Part shown: one piece after another, positions 11,599 through 22,220 of the stretch | Layout of the letters: every line of letters begins with the position of its first letter | Position numbering within the stretch: the stretch's first letter is position 1 | From: a bacterium | GTDB taxonomy: Bacteria > SAR324 > NAC60-12 | Direction: 5' to 3' | Length of the DNA: 45,301 nt | Assembly: GCA_965233585.1 (NCBI GenBank) | Contig: CBDDTI010000530.1 | Coordinates: 1-45,301 of the forward strand | The notes under the pieces: model-generated | What the model saw: only the letters and a program-made list of their open reading frames with translations | What the model was told of the DNA's origin: nothing | Database searches by the model: none | Position numbers and translations under genes: made by a program

Positions 11599-14500
11599 CG
11601 TCAATCGCGGCCGGCTCACTAACCCTACACGACGCTAGTTCCAACAAAACGTTCCTCATCGACACGGGAGCAGAAGTCAGCGTCGTGCCCGCAACCGAGC
11701 AGGAACGGAGAAAGGCACCAATGGAAAAGGAACTGGTCGCAGCTAACGGGTCACGGATCAGGTGCTACGGGGAGAAAAAGGTCAGGTTTCACGTTGGCTC
11801 CAGGACGTACGAATGGAAATTTCTGGTGGCAGACGTGAAGAGGTCTCTCATCGGTGCGGATTTCCTGACCCACAGCTCTCTGCTGGTGGATCTGCGCAAT
11901 AAGCAAATGGTTCATCCCGATGACTTGAACGCAACGCCTCTACAGCAGACGAAGCATAGGTCCCGGATAAGCGGGCTGACGTTCGCAGCAAGTGCAAGGC
12001 CGTCCCCGTTGTCCAAGTTGTTCGCCGAGTTCCCGACGGTCACAGTGCCAAACTTCAAGATCGAGCATCCGAAGCACGCGGTTAGGCATACGATCGAAAC
12101 GCGTGGACAGCCAATCAGGGCCAAAGCAAGGCCATTGCCGCCGCAGAAGCTGGCAGCAGCGAAGGCGAACTTCGCCGAGATGGCGGCCTCAGGCATAGTT
12201 AGACGATCAAACGGACCATGGTCGTCGCCGTTGCACGTGGTTACAAAGAAGGACGGTACTTTCAGAATGTGCGGAGACTATCGCAGGCTTAATACCGTCA
12301 CGACGCCAGACCGGTATTCCATACCGCTCATTGCCGACTTAACCTCACGACTGCAGGGTAAGAAATTTTTTGGCAAAGTCGATCTGGTAAAAGGTTATCA
12401 TCAGATTCCCGTAGCCGAGCAGGATATCGCTAAAACGGCGATAACGACGCCGTTTGGGACGTACGAGTTCCTTCGAATGCCGTTCGGGCTAAAGAACGCA
12501 GGTCAAACATTCCAAAGAATGATGGATGAAATCCTGAGCGACCTCGATTACCTGTTCGTCTATATGGACGACGTGTTGGTAGCCAGCCGTTCCATGGAAG
12601 AACATTTGGAACATTTTCGCGAACTATTTCGAAGGCTGACCGCCCACGATTTAGTAGTAAGCCCGGCCAAGTGCCAATTCGGCAAAAAGCAGATCGAATT
12701 TCTAGGCCATACTGTCACGAAAGACGGCATACAGCCTCTGCCCGAAAAAGTAGCTGCGATAAACGCGTACCCAGTACCGTCCTCGATGGACGAACTGCGA
12801 AGGTTCCTCGGCATGGTTAACTTCTATAACAGATTTATACCAAACGCCGCCAAGATTATGAAGCCATTATATGAGGCCACGACGGCTGAGAACTGCAGAA
12901 AGCAGAAAAATGGCAAGGAAAGGGCATGCACAGAGCTCAAAACGAGCAAAAAGCTAATCGAATGGAACGACGAGATGCGGAAAGCGTTTCTAGAGGCCAA
13001 AACGGCCCTGGCAAAAGCCACGATCCTCCGCCATCCCAGACCGGGAGCGGAAATCGCGCTGAGCACGGACGCGTCAGGCGAAGCCATAGGCGCTGTATTG
13101 CAACAGCGGCCAAAAGAAGGTGGCGATTGGGAGCCATTGGCCTACTTCAGCAAAAAGCTGAACCCGCCCGAAAGAAAATACAGCGCATTCGACCGAGAAT
13201 TGCTAGCAGTTTATCTGGGAGTTCGCCATTTCCGGCATTATCTCGAAGGACGCGACTTCCCGATTTTTACCGACCATCGACCTCTCACGTTTGCGATGGC
13301 AAAGGCTGCCGAACCATGGTCACACAGGCAGGCCAGGCACCTGGAATACATTTCGCAGTATTCGACGGACATCAGGTATGTTGCAGGTGCAGACAATGCC
13401 GTCGCAGACGCATTATCAAGGGCTGCCATTGAAGAAATCCGGCTAGGCATTGACTTTAGCAAAATGGCAGAACTGCAGAGACAGGATCCTGAGACGAGGG
13501 CCTACAAGACGTCGGTCACGGCGTTGAGATGGGAGGAAATCGAGGTGTCCAATGGCCAGCAAAAGCTGCTATGCGACGTTGCTACGGGTGTTCCAAGGCC
13601 ACTTGTGCCAGCGGCGATGCGGCGCGAGGTTTTCGATTTGGTGCATGGCCTATCGCATCCAGGAACAACGGCCACGGTAAAGATCATGAAGAACAAGTTC
13701 GTGTGGCATGGCATCGCAAAAGACGTCTGGGCTTGGGCAAGAGCCTGCATTGGATGCCAGACGGCGAAGATCCATCGTCATAACCGGGCGCCATTGACCA
13801 AGTTCGAGAGAGCGACCGCACGGTTCGCGCACGTTCACGTCGATCTGGTTGGTCCATTGCCAGCGTCAAAGGGACATACGCATCTCTTAACGGTAATCGA
13901 TAGGTTCACCAGATGGCCGGAAGCGATCCCGCTCGCCCAGACAGATACCGCATCGATAGGCAGAGCCTTCGCACTGCATTGGGTAGCTAGATTCGGCGTA
14001 CCTTCAGATATCACATCAGACCGAGGAGCTCAGTTCACGTCAGACATGTGGAAAGCTCTCGCAGAATCGCTGGGATCCAAAATCCACCATACCACAGCCT
14101 ACCATCCACAGTCGAACGGCCTGGTCGAAAGATTCCACAGGTCGTTAAAAGCAGCATTGAGAGCCAGGTTAACGACGCCATCATGGTTGGACGAGCTACC
14201 CTGGGTCATGCTGGGACTGAGGACCATGCCGAAGGAGGATTTGGGCACGTCGGTTGCAGAGATGGTCTATGGATCAACGTTGACGGTACCCGGAACCTTT
14301 GTGGGGCCTAGCAGCAATTCGGACGCAGCCGAGCATCTGCAGAATATGAGGAACATGGCCGGACGACTTGTGCCAGCACCGGATGCATGGCATGGAACGA
14401 AGGCCATAGCCATTACAAAAGGTTTAGACGAAGCAGAGTACGTTTTTGTGAGACGAGATGCTTCGCACAGTCCGCTGCAAACGCCGTACACGGGTCCATA

Positions 14501-14711
14501 TAAAGTCCTACAGAAACAGGGTAAGTACTTCGTCATACAGTGCGGAGAGAGAGAAGAGAGCGTTAGCGTTGACAGATTGAAGCCTATTATACAGCGTATT
14601 ATACACGGGCGCACATTATACAAGGGTAAATACGGTAATTGGATTGTGATGTCATTTAGCTATTTAGCAAAATTACAGTCCATATTATGTAAATATTTAC
14701 ATAAAAAATAA
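11508..14711 (+). CDS. pol: Gypsy Pol polyprotein (PR, RT, RNase H, IN); last ~40 codons are read-through into non-element DNA
   Basis: DTGA protease, YMDD, STDAS, H..H..C..C zinc motif, VDLVG/SDRG/NGLVERFH integrase, PYTGPY module. Confidence 0.93.
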   Translation: MRVPRVLRTICNQVPFTMQSGGKRESRASVASIAAGSLTLHDASSNKTFLIDTGAEVSVVPATEQERRKAPMEKELVAANGSRIRCYGEKKVRFHVGSRTYEWKFLVADVKRSLIGADFLTHSSLLVDLRNKQMVHPDDLNATPLQQTKHRSRISGLTFAASARPSPLSKLFAEFPTVTVPNFKIEHPKHAVRHTIETRGQPIRAKARPLPPQKLAAAKANFAEMAASGIVRRSNGPWSSPLHVVTKKDGTFRMCGDYRRLNTVTTPDRYSIPLIADLTSRLQGKKFFGKVDLVKGYHQIPVAEQDIAKTAITTPFGTYEFLRMPFGLKNAGQTFQRMMDEILSDLDYLFVYMDDVLVASRSMEEHLEHFRELFRRLTAHDLVVSPAKCQFGKKQIEFLGHTVTKDGIQPLPEKVAAINAYPVPSSMDELRRFLGMVNFYNRFIPNAAKIMKPLYEATTAENCRKQKNGKERACTELKTSKKLIEWNDEMRKAFLEAKTALAKATILRHPRPGAEIALSTDASGEAIGAVLQQRPKEGGDWEPLAYFSKKLNPPERKYSAFDRELLAVYLGVRHFRHYLEGRDFPIFTDHRPLTFAMAKAAEPWSHRQARHLEYISQYSTDIRYVAGADNAVADALSRAAIEEIRLGIDFSKMAELQRQDPETRAYKTSVTALRWEEIEVSNGQQKLLCDVATGVPRPLVPAAMRREVFDLVHGLSHPGTTATVKIMKNKFVWHGIAKDVWAWARACIGCQTAKIHRHNRAPLTKFERATARFAHVHVDLVGPLPASKGHTHLLTVIDRFTRWPEAIPLAQTDTASIGRAFALHWVARFGVPSDITSDRGAQFTSDMWKALAESLGSKIHHTTAYHPQSNGLVERFHRSLKAALRARLTTPSWLDELPWVMLGLRTMPKEDLGTSVAEMVYGSTLTVPGTFVGPSSNSDAAEHLQNMRNMAGRLVPAPDAWHGTKAIAITKGLDEAEYVFVRRDASHSPLQTPYTGPYKVLQKQGKYFVIQCGEREESVSVDRLKPIIQRIIHGRTLYKGKYGNWIVMSFSYLAKLQSILCKYLHKK
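11571..11620 (+). other. -1 ribosomal frameshift signal (gag to pol)
   Basis: Slippery heptamer G GGA AAC (11571-11577) in the gag frame; pol is in the -1 frame; downstream GCCGG..CCGGC stem. Confidence 0.8.
14585..14637. mobile_element. End of a pogo/Tc1-like MITE family
   Basis: TTATACAAGGGTAAATACGGTA terminus, also at ~16280-16301 and, inverted, at ~43397-43470. Confidence 0.6.
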
Positions 14712-14869
14712 TTCTGTACTCCCCACAACTTCCAATGTAGCATTTATACCATTCCCCACAACGATTTTATACATCTACTTAGTTTATAACATCTTAGGAC
14801 ATACCGAATACATATCCTTGGCTAGGTCAAATAAAAAGAACATTGTCTTTAGAGAAGAAATGTTTCAAC

Positions 14870-15152
14870 CGCTCTTGTGCTCAAAGGGGGAAGATAGACT
14901 TGAGAAAATCTGGCAGATGGAGCTGCAGTTGCCTGAGCTGAGTAATATAGTCATTATTTCCTTTCTTCTTTTTTGTATGGGATATGAAAAATGGCTTACT
15001 GACATAAAATTTTGCCTAATAAGCTTAAAAAAACTTTTTTGCTAGAAGCTATATCATTTCTAATCCTTTACAGGTTTTTTAAATAAGTTTTCTCTGAAAA
15101 ATTGATAACAGAAAAAATCATTGTAGTAGGTAGGACAGACTTATGAAGTAAA
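14870..15152 (+). repeat. Dispersed ~280 bp direct repeat (second copy ~16600-16880)
   Basis: Shared CTTGTGCTCAAAG..CAGATGGAGCTGCAGTTGCCTGAGCTGAGT..GGACAGA.TTATGAAGTAAA. Confidence 0.8.
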
Positions 15153-15376
15153 TTGTCCTACCTCAACTATGAGGCGCTATCTATTACATTATCTGCTCAT
15201 TAAAAAGGGCGGTTTTGCTTAAGAGCTATTCAAAATTTTGTACCATGTTGTTTTATGTATGGGCTACTCAAAGAGATTATAATAGTAACATATAGAAATA
15301 TGCTATAGCGTACAGCTGTGGTATAAAAGTTAAGTGGAGCTTCAATGCATGGTAGTTTTCTGCCTGAGTACCCTAA

Positions 15377-15572
15377 GGGCTTGTCTAGACCGAAACGTGT
15401 GTGTTTGAAACGAGTGTCATGCTTCACTACAATGTATGTAGTAAAATGATGGAGAAGGGAAGAAACATTTGGCATCCCACATGTTTCTTCCCTTCTCCAT
15501 CATTTTATTACATACATTGTAGTGAAGCATGACACTTGTTTCAAACACACACGTTTCGGTCTAGACAAGCCC
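15377..15572. mobile_element. PIF/Harbinger-type palindromic MITE
   Basis: GGGCTTGTCTAGACCG..CGGTCTAGACAAGCCC, near-perfect hairpin, TAA TSD on both sides (15374-15376, 15573-15575). Confidence 0.85.
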
Positions 15573-15774
15573 TAAGACCGCAGTCAACCTTTTCCTCCAT
15601 TCCCACACTTCCCACCAAATTGATATTTCCGTACCCTTGCATAATGCGCACTTTTTTTCCCCAAAATGAACACGTAAATACGAGATGCGTATTATACACG
15701 GAGTCCTTTATTTAGTAAAACAAAGAAAATTTTGGTCTGAAATTTGGGGGTGGGTATTATACACGACGGCGCAT

Positions 15775-16278
15775 AGGTGTGTTAGATTTGCCGTTTTTAT
15801 TTTCCACTGGGCTGTCGTGATATGATTCAGCTACTATGCTTTTAGGCAAAACCCACCTCTGTAAATGTTTCCTTTATTGCCCTGTAAGTTCTCTAATATC
15901 TCTGATTATTAGTTATATCATGTCTCAATAATTGAATGCTTAAGTTTTATTAGCAAGAAAAAAAATTATAAAAAAATGTTGAGAAAAAGGCCTCTTTTGA
16001 TGGCCCAAAAACTCTACTTATTGCCCTATAATATTTAGAGTTTTTGGGCCATCAAAAGAGGCCTTTTTCTCAACATTTTTTTATAAATTTTTTTTCTTGC
16101 TAATAAAACTTAAGCATTCAATTATTGAGACATGATATAACTAATAATCAGAGATATTAGAGAACTTATAGGGCAATAAAGGAAACATTTACAGAGGTGG
16201 GTTTTGCTTAAAAGCATAGTAGCTGAATCATATCACGACAGCCCAGTGGAAAATAAAAACGGCAAATCTAACACACCT
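15775..16278. mobile_element. ~500 bp foldback element nested in the pogo-like MITE
   Basis: ~242 bp near-perfect inverted arms (15775-16016, 16036-16278) with a 19 nt spacer. Partial arms recur at ~18010-18149 and ~20684-20889. Confidence 0.85.
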
Positions 16279-16891
16279 ATTATACAAGGGTAAATACGGT
16301 AAGTTGCCTGCTGAGTGAAAGAAGAGATGTTATTTTTGACAGCTTGGGAGATTGAGCTGATTCTTGGCATCTTGGGTTGTCAAAAAATTGTATCACATGC
16401 TGACCATAATTGGATTTGTGACATCAATTTTATGTAACAAAATTACGCTTCATTTGAAGCACATTTCAACTTAAAAATATAATTATGGTCCATTTAACTT
16501 TTTGTTTGACACTACCACTCTCACTTAACTTTTAAAGGGGATTTGGGGCAACTGTACTTTTCACGAAAACACTTCAGTAACTTTTAAGGAGACCTAATAG
16601 TTCTTGTGCTCAAAGTGGGGAAAAGAGATTTGAGAAAAACCACCAGATGGAGCTGCAGTTGCCTGAGCTGAGTTATGTAGTTGTTCCGTCCTTTCTTCTT
16701 TTCTGTATATGATATGATAAATGGCTTACTTACACAAAATTTTGACTAACAAGGTAAAAATAATTTTTGCTAGAGGATGTATCATTTCCAATCCTTAACA
16801 GGCTTTATTAATAAGTTTTCTCTGAAAAACTGATAACAGAAAAGTCATTGTAGTAGTTAGGACAGATTTATGAAGTAAAGTTTCTGCTGAC

Positions 16892-17923
16892 CAAAGACAT
16901 TATATACACATAGACCTCTACCTAAGAAGCCTGGGAGTCCAGGCCCTATGAAAATTACACCGGGTCGAGTTTGATATACTAATCAACATTTTATCCTTCT
17001 TTTGTTTTTGATTTTTGCTGTGTAAGGGGACAGAAAGGGGAGAGAAAAAAAGTGCTGCGTGCTTTGCAACCACCACAACGCAAACTTCAGCTTCACGCAG
17101 CTTCAAAAAAAAAAGTGCAGTGTACGGTGCACTTCACTAGGGTGAGTCAAAATTTTCAACCCCTCTTACCATGCAAATATATAATGTGAAATGCTATTTT
17201 CTACTAGAAACCCAGGTTTCATCTTATTTCTTGTTGAAATGAGGGTGTGACCAGGCTTTAAAAAATTTTATAAAAAGAGGCAAAATTGAATTTTTTTCAG
17301 TAATGCGTGATTTCCCGCAAAATTTCAGGGAAAATTCTTCCTACCAATGCCTGCCAAAAAATGCCTTATTAAGTTAGTAAGTTCCCTTATTAAGTTATTA
17401 AGACAAATGTAATGTAGTAAAAAACTACTAATGACTAATATATTTAAAAAATGACTAAGCTATTATTTTTCCGTAAAAAGGAAGCTCAACTTTGAAAAAA
17501 TTAGCTAGAGAAACTTTTTTTCAGAATTCATTCAAACTCGTGGCGCACCCCCAATACAGCAAAAAATGAGCTGAAACTTGGAACTCTGGTAGAAAATAGC
17601 AATTCACATCATATATTTGCGTTGTGGGAAGAGTTGAAAAATTTGACCAACCCTAGCGCTTCACGCAGCTAAATCTAGAAGAAAAACGGGAGAGAAAGGG
17701 GATTCCCAGAGATCAACTTAATTAAGCTGCGTGCGTTGCAACGGAACTCATGCAGCTTCAAAATAAATTTCAAATTTAGAAGAAAAAGGGGATGAACGAA
17801 GAACCCCCACTACATTCTAACTTAGCAAGTAACTAGATTTTTTGGAAGCGGCCCGTTGAGCTTAATATTAGGTGGGGACCCTTTGGCTAACCCTTAACTA
17901 GACATGTGTATATAATGTCTTGG
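16892..17923. mobile_element. Non-autonomous P/hAT-like element containing a second TIR element (~17138-17656)
   Basis: 20 bp TIR C(A/C)AAGACATTATATACACAT; 8 bp TSD CTGCTGAC (16884-16891, 17924-17931). Inner CTAGGGT..TCAAA.TTTTCAAC inverted pair. Confidence 0.8.
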
Positions 17924-18342
17924 CTGCTGACATTGTGCACCTTATGCATTATAATTTGGCCTTGATTGGTCCTGTAGTTTGTTTGTGACTGATCAAAAAC
18001 TAACTGCCATAGGTGTGTTAGAAGTGCCGTTTTTATTTTCCACTGGGCTGTAGTGATATGATTCAGCTACTATGCTTTTAAGCAAAACCCACCTCTGTAA
18101 ATGTTTCCTTTATTGCCCTATAAGTTCTCCAATATCTCTGATTATTAGTCCATTTGCCCAAATTTTACAATAAATTCTCTCAAGTAAAGAGAAGGAAGGA
18201 GCATAGATAATTATAGCTAGAGGTGAGTTAAAGAAGCCAAAGCAGGCAGAATCAGAGCAGGCAGAAGGTAGCTTGGGCTGAAATCTGGCAGAAAAAGCAC
18301 TTTTTACCCTATCTATGCTTTTGCCTTTTACCTATCTATGCC

Positions 18343-18560
18343 CATCGAAATGCATAGGTAAAGAAGGTGCACCAGCTGTTACCTCGACTGTAATTTCTTT
18401 ATGCAGTAAAAAAATCTACACACCAAGCAGGCGCGTAGCTGAGAACCCCTTTGGAAAACCTCAGCTACGCGCCTGCTTGGTGTGTAGATTTTTTTACTGC
18501 ATAAAGAAATTACAGTCGAGGTAACAGCTGGTGCACCTTCTTTACCTATGCATTTCGATG
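18343..18560. mobile_element. Perfect palindromic MITE, P- or hAT-like
   Basis: 101 bp identical inverted arms, 16 nt spacer, CAT..ATG termini, 8 bp TSD TCTATGCC (18335-18342, 18561-18568). Confidence 0.9.
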
Positions 18561-18936
18561 TCTATGCCTTTTACTTTCTACCTTTTAAAGAAGGTGAAGC
18601 ACACAGAGTACTATTATGTACAGTATAATATATCTATGGCAAAGCAGGCAGGCAGAATAACAGCAGGCAGAAGCTAGCTTGGGCTGAAATTCGGCAGAAA
18701 TCCTCGCCGGAAATCCGGAAACTCAACGCGGTTGAAAGTATGGCCAACGTGAACGCGAACGGGATCGGAAACTACTACTTACAGCTTTAGATCGTTAAGT
18801 ATGGCCTACGTTAACGTGAACGGGCGTTGGTCGCTAGGTAAATGCGCCAAAGATTCGGATTCGATCAACGAATATAAAAGCTTCTCTTTTTTAGCGAATC
18901 TTATCTGGAAAAGATCCAACTTTTTTACGTGAACCA

Positions 18937-19171
18937 CGTCAACTACTACGTCAACTACTACGTCAACTACTACGTCAACTACTACGTCAACTACTACGTC
19001 AACTACTACGTCAACTACTACGTCAACTACTACGTCAACTACTACGTCAACTACTACGTCAACTACTACGTCAACTACTACGTCAACTACTACGTCAACT
19101 ACTACGTCAACTACTACGTCAACTACTACGTCAACTACTACGTCAACTACTACGTCAACTACTACGTCAAC
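18937..19171. repeat. Perfect 12 bp minisatellite (CGTCAACTACTA) x ~19
   Basis: Read directly from the sequence. Confidence 0.97.
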
Positions 19172-19534
19172 AAACTACGGCAATTGGTCGCTAGGTAAAT
19201 GTGCCAAAGATTCGGATTTGATCAACGAACTACTACTAAAAGCTTCTCTTTTACGTTTTTTTAGCGAATCTTACCTGGAAAACGATCCAACTTTTTTACG
19301 TGAACTAAGCCAAACAGAACAACAACTACTACGAGACTTTGATGACGATGAAATTACCGAAATTCGGACTGTCCATTCTCATTTTTGAAAGCCAAACAGA
19401 AGAGACCTTTTAGACTGGTATCCTTCATTTCCTACCTGTTTATTGTCTAAAAATATATTTGAACCAAGTAAACTCTAAAACAAGTTTTCTCCGAATCGGC
19501 GTGAAAACGTCTTTTTCTTGTCCATTTTTTAAAC

Positions 19535-20291
19535 TCTTGAAATGAACTCAGCTTAGGTAGCCTTTTTAGACTTCTATGGCCTACGTTGTTCAACCCAGGC
19601 CTTATCTTGAAATGAACTCTGCGTGAAGGCCAGCGTTTTTAGACTTCGTAAGCTGCCTTATCTTGAAATGAACTCAGCTTAGGTAGCTTTTTTAGACTTT
19701 CGTAAGGCCCACGTTGTTGAACCCAGGCCTTATCTTGAAATGAACTCCGCTTAGGTAGCTTTTTTAGACTTCGTAAGGCCTTATCTTGAAATGAACTCAG
19801 CTTAGTTAGTCTTTTTTAACTTCGTAAGGCCTTATCTTGAAATGAACTCGGCTTAGGTAGCTTTTTTAGACTTCGTAAGGCCACGTTGTTGAACCCAGGC
19901 CTTATCTTGAAATGAACTCCGCTTAGGTAGCTTTTTTAGACTTCGTAAGGCCTTATCTTGAAATAAACTCAGCTTAGGTAGCTTTTTTAGACTTCGTAAG
20001 GCCTTATCTTGAAATGAACTCAGCTTAGGTAGCTTTTTTAGACTTCGTAAGGCCACGTTGTTGAACCCAGGCCTTATCTTGAAATGAACTCAGCTTAGGT
20101 AGCTTTTTTAGACTTCGTAAGGCCTTATCTTGAAATGAACTCAGCTTAGGTGGCTTTTTTAGACTTCGTAAGGCCACGTTGTTGAACCCAGGCCTTATCT
20201 TGAAATGAACTCAGCTCAGGTAGACTTTTTAGACTTTAAAACGTTGTTGAATCCTGGCCTTATCTTGAAATGAACTCAGCTCAGGTAGCTT
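19535..20291. repeat. Tandem array of ~49 and ~69 bp units
   Basis: AGGCCTTATCTTGAAATGAACTCAGCTTAGGTAGCTTTTTTAGACTTCGTA, with or without AGGCCACGTTGTTGAACCC. Confidence 0.93.
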
Positions 20292-20958
20292 AAAAGGATA
20301 TCTCCCGATCTCCGGACTCTCACTCTTCTCTGAAACTCGTCGTCATTGCCTTTGAACCTTGGGCCAAAAGTGACGAATGCATTCACCTCGGGGAGAGAAA
20401 GTCTCCAGGTCCCAAACTTTCAAAGATCGCCTTAAAACTGTACGTAGTTCACGTCCACGTTCGCGTTGGCCTCACTTTCAACGATCGATCAACTTGCCGT
20501 ACGTAGTTTACTTGAATTCAACGATCGTTAAAAACTTAAAAACCCGAATCTCCGCCATCTTTTTCAGTTGAGTAGGCTCTAGTCCAGGCTAGTAGAGAGA
20601 GAAATAGTGAGGGAGAGGGGTTTTTGAGTAATGTGTAATGTTTTGCCCGATCCCAAATATTGAGACTCAGAAAAAATGGAAATTTAGAGTTTTTGGGCCA
20701 TCAAAAGAGGTCTTTTTCTCAAAATTTTTGTTATAAATTTTTTTTTGTAATAAAACTTAAGCATTCAATTATTGAGACATGATATAACTAATAATCAGAG
20801 ATATTAGACAACTTATAGGGCAATAAAGGAAACATTTACAGAGGTGGGTTTTGCTTAAAAGCATAGTAGCTGAATCATATCACGACAGACCCAAGGTTGC
20901 CAAAAAAAGGCACCAGATGTTGTTTCTAACATACCCATTGGCATAACTCCCTTCAATT

Positions 20959-21062
20959 CAGGGGTGTCCAAAGTTTTTGCCAGGAGGGCCACATGTGGTG
21001 AGATGAGCATCTGGGGGGCCGCCCCACAGATGTTCATTGTAGTCATCTGGCCGCGGGCCATA
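20959..21062 (+). mobile_element. Left end of a hAT/Charlie-like MITE, truncated beside the Maverick
   Basis: CAGGGGTGTCCAAA terminus and GGGCC/GGCCGCGGGCC subterminal motifs; no partner end found. Confidence 0.55.
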
Positions 21063-21085
21063 TTCCATTCATTTTATGAATTAAG

Positions 21086-21629
21086 GTAAAAGCGGATGAC
21101 AGAAACTTGTTTTTAGATGTTTTCGGCCCGAATTCATCTAAATTCATCTAAATGCGTTCTAAATTCATCTAAATTCATCTAGATGCGTTCTCGTTGCAAG
21201 CAAAACGTCAACTGATTCAATCTAAAATCATCTAAATGCACACCGATTTCTGGTGCGTGCACCAAAAGTTTGGTGCCTGCATGGCTGTGTCTAATGCTGG
21301 CATGAAAAATTTGGTGCGTGCACGAAAAGTTTGGTGCCTGCATTGCTTCGTCTAATGCTGGCATGAAAAGTTTGGTGCGTGCATGAAAAGTTTGGTGCCT
21401 GCATTGCTCCGTCTAATGCTGGCATGAAAAGTTTGGTGCGTGCATGAAAAGTTTGGTGCCTGCATTGCTCTGTCTAATGCAGGCATGAAAAAGTTGGTGC
21501 ACGCACTAAAAATTTCATGCACGCATCAAAATTTTACTTGTCTGCATTACTTTTTCTGGTGCCGGGATCTCAATTTTGATGCTGGCGTGAAATTTTAGAT
21601 CCCGGCACCAGAATGTCAGTGGTCCATAG
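21086..21629 (+). repeat. Left terminal inverted repeat (544 bp)
   Basis: Reverse complement of 41120-41724; contains AATTCATCTA 10-mers and four 61 bp units. Confidence 0.95.
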
Positions 21630-22010
21630 TTGAGTAAATTGGAGAAAAGAAGCAGAGCTTTTTTCTTTTTTACCATAACTGGTGTTGCAATGTCACAATG
21701 TTCTTCTTCATTTTGTGTAAATTTTCTTGCTGTAATGGTATCAGTAAACGAGCGATTTTTATCAATAATTTAATGTGATTTTTATCAATAATTTAATTAA
21801 TTGTGTTTTTTGTTTTTAGCACAAAAAGGTTTTATATAAATTTGATTTCTCGAAAAAGTTGTATGGTTCCTTGGTATTTTTTACCATGCAATTTTAATTT
21901 TTTCCAAAAATCACCTTTGAACTGACCGCGATTTTTTCTGGTGTTTTCTACATAATATTTTTGCGCAAAGCAGATGTTTCCTTTTTTGTTCTTTTTATAA
22001 ATTCTTCCAA

Positions 22011-22183
22011 TTTCTAGAACATTCCTATCATTTAGAAACAATTAGGATTGGAGGTATTTTGTAAAAGAATTTTTTAATTTTTGACAAGATGCATTTTTCA
22101 ACCTGTCCGCAATTTTTTCTAGGGTTTTCTAGAAAGTTCCTTTGTAATAAGGTATATAAGCAGCCTGAACATCACATTTCATT
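22011..22183 (+). promoter_or_regulatory. Putative Pol II promoter: two heat-shock elements, TATA box and Inr
   Basis: TTCtaGAAcaTTC (22012-22024); TTCtaGGGttTTCtaGAAagTTC (22117-22139); TATATAAG (22153-22160); TCATT (22179-22183); ATG at 22221. Confidence 0.7.
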
Positions 22184-22220
22184 GCATTTCAAATCCATCA
22201 CTTGAAAAATCAACATCAAC

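Larger units (their letters stand above)
10124..14585 (+). mobile_element. Ty3/Gypsy LTR retrotransposon, copy 2 (5' LTR, intact gag, nearly complete pol, 3' end missing)
   Basis: LTR TGTAGCG..GCTTCA at 10124-10271, PBS TGGTGAC at 10273, repeat-rich leader, gag and pol ORFs. Similarity to copy 1 stops at VSVDRLKP (~14585). Confidence 0.92.

Noticed and set aside
18929..19198. 89 aa (VNYY)n ORF
   Set aside because: By-product of a perfect 12 bp minisatellite; GTG start and no synonymous variation.
19535..20291. Possible CRISPR-like array (also 42810-43396 and the TIR 61-mers)
   Set aside because: Units are contiguous tandem repeats without unique spacers; eukaryotic context and no cas genes.
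21179..21364. 61 aa ORF mirrored at 41446-41631
   Set aside because: Lies in the TIR repeat arrays, and its duplication is explained by the TIR.
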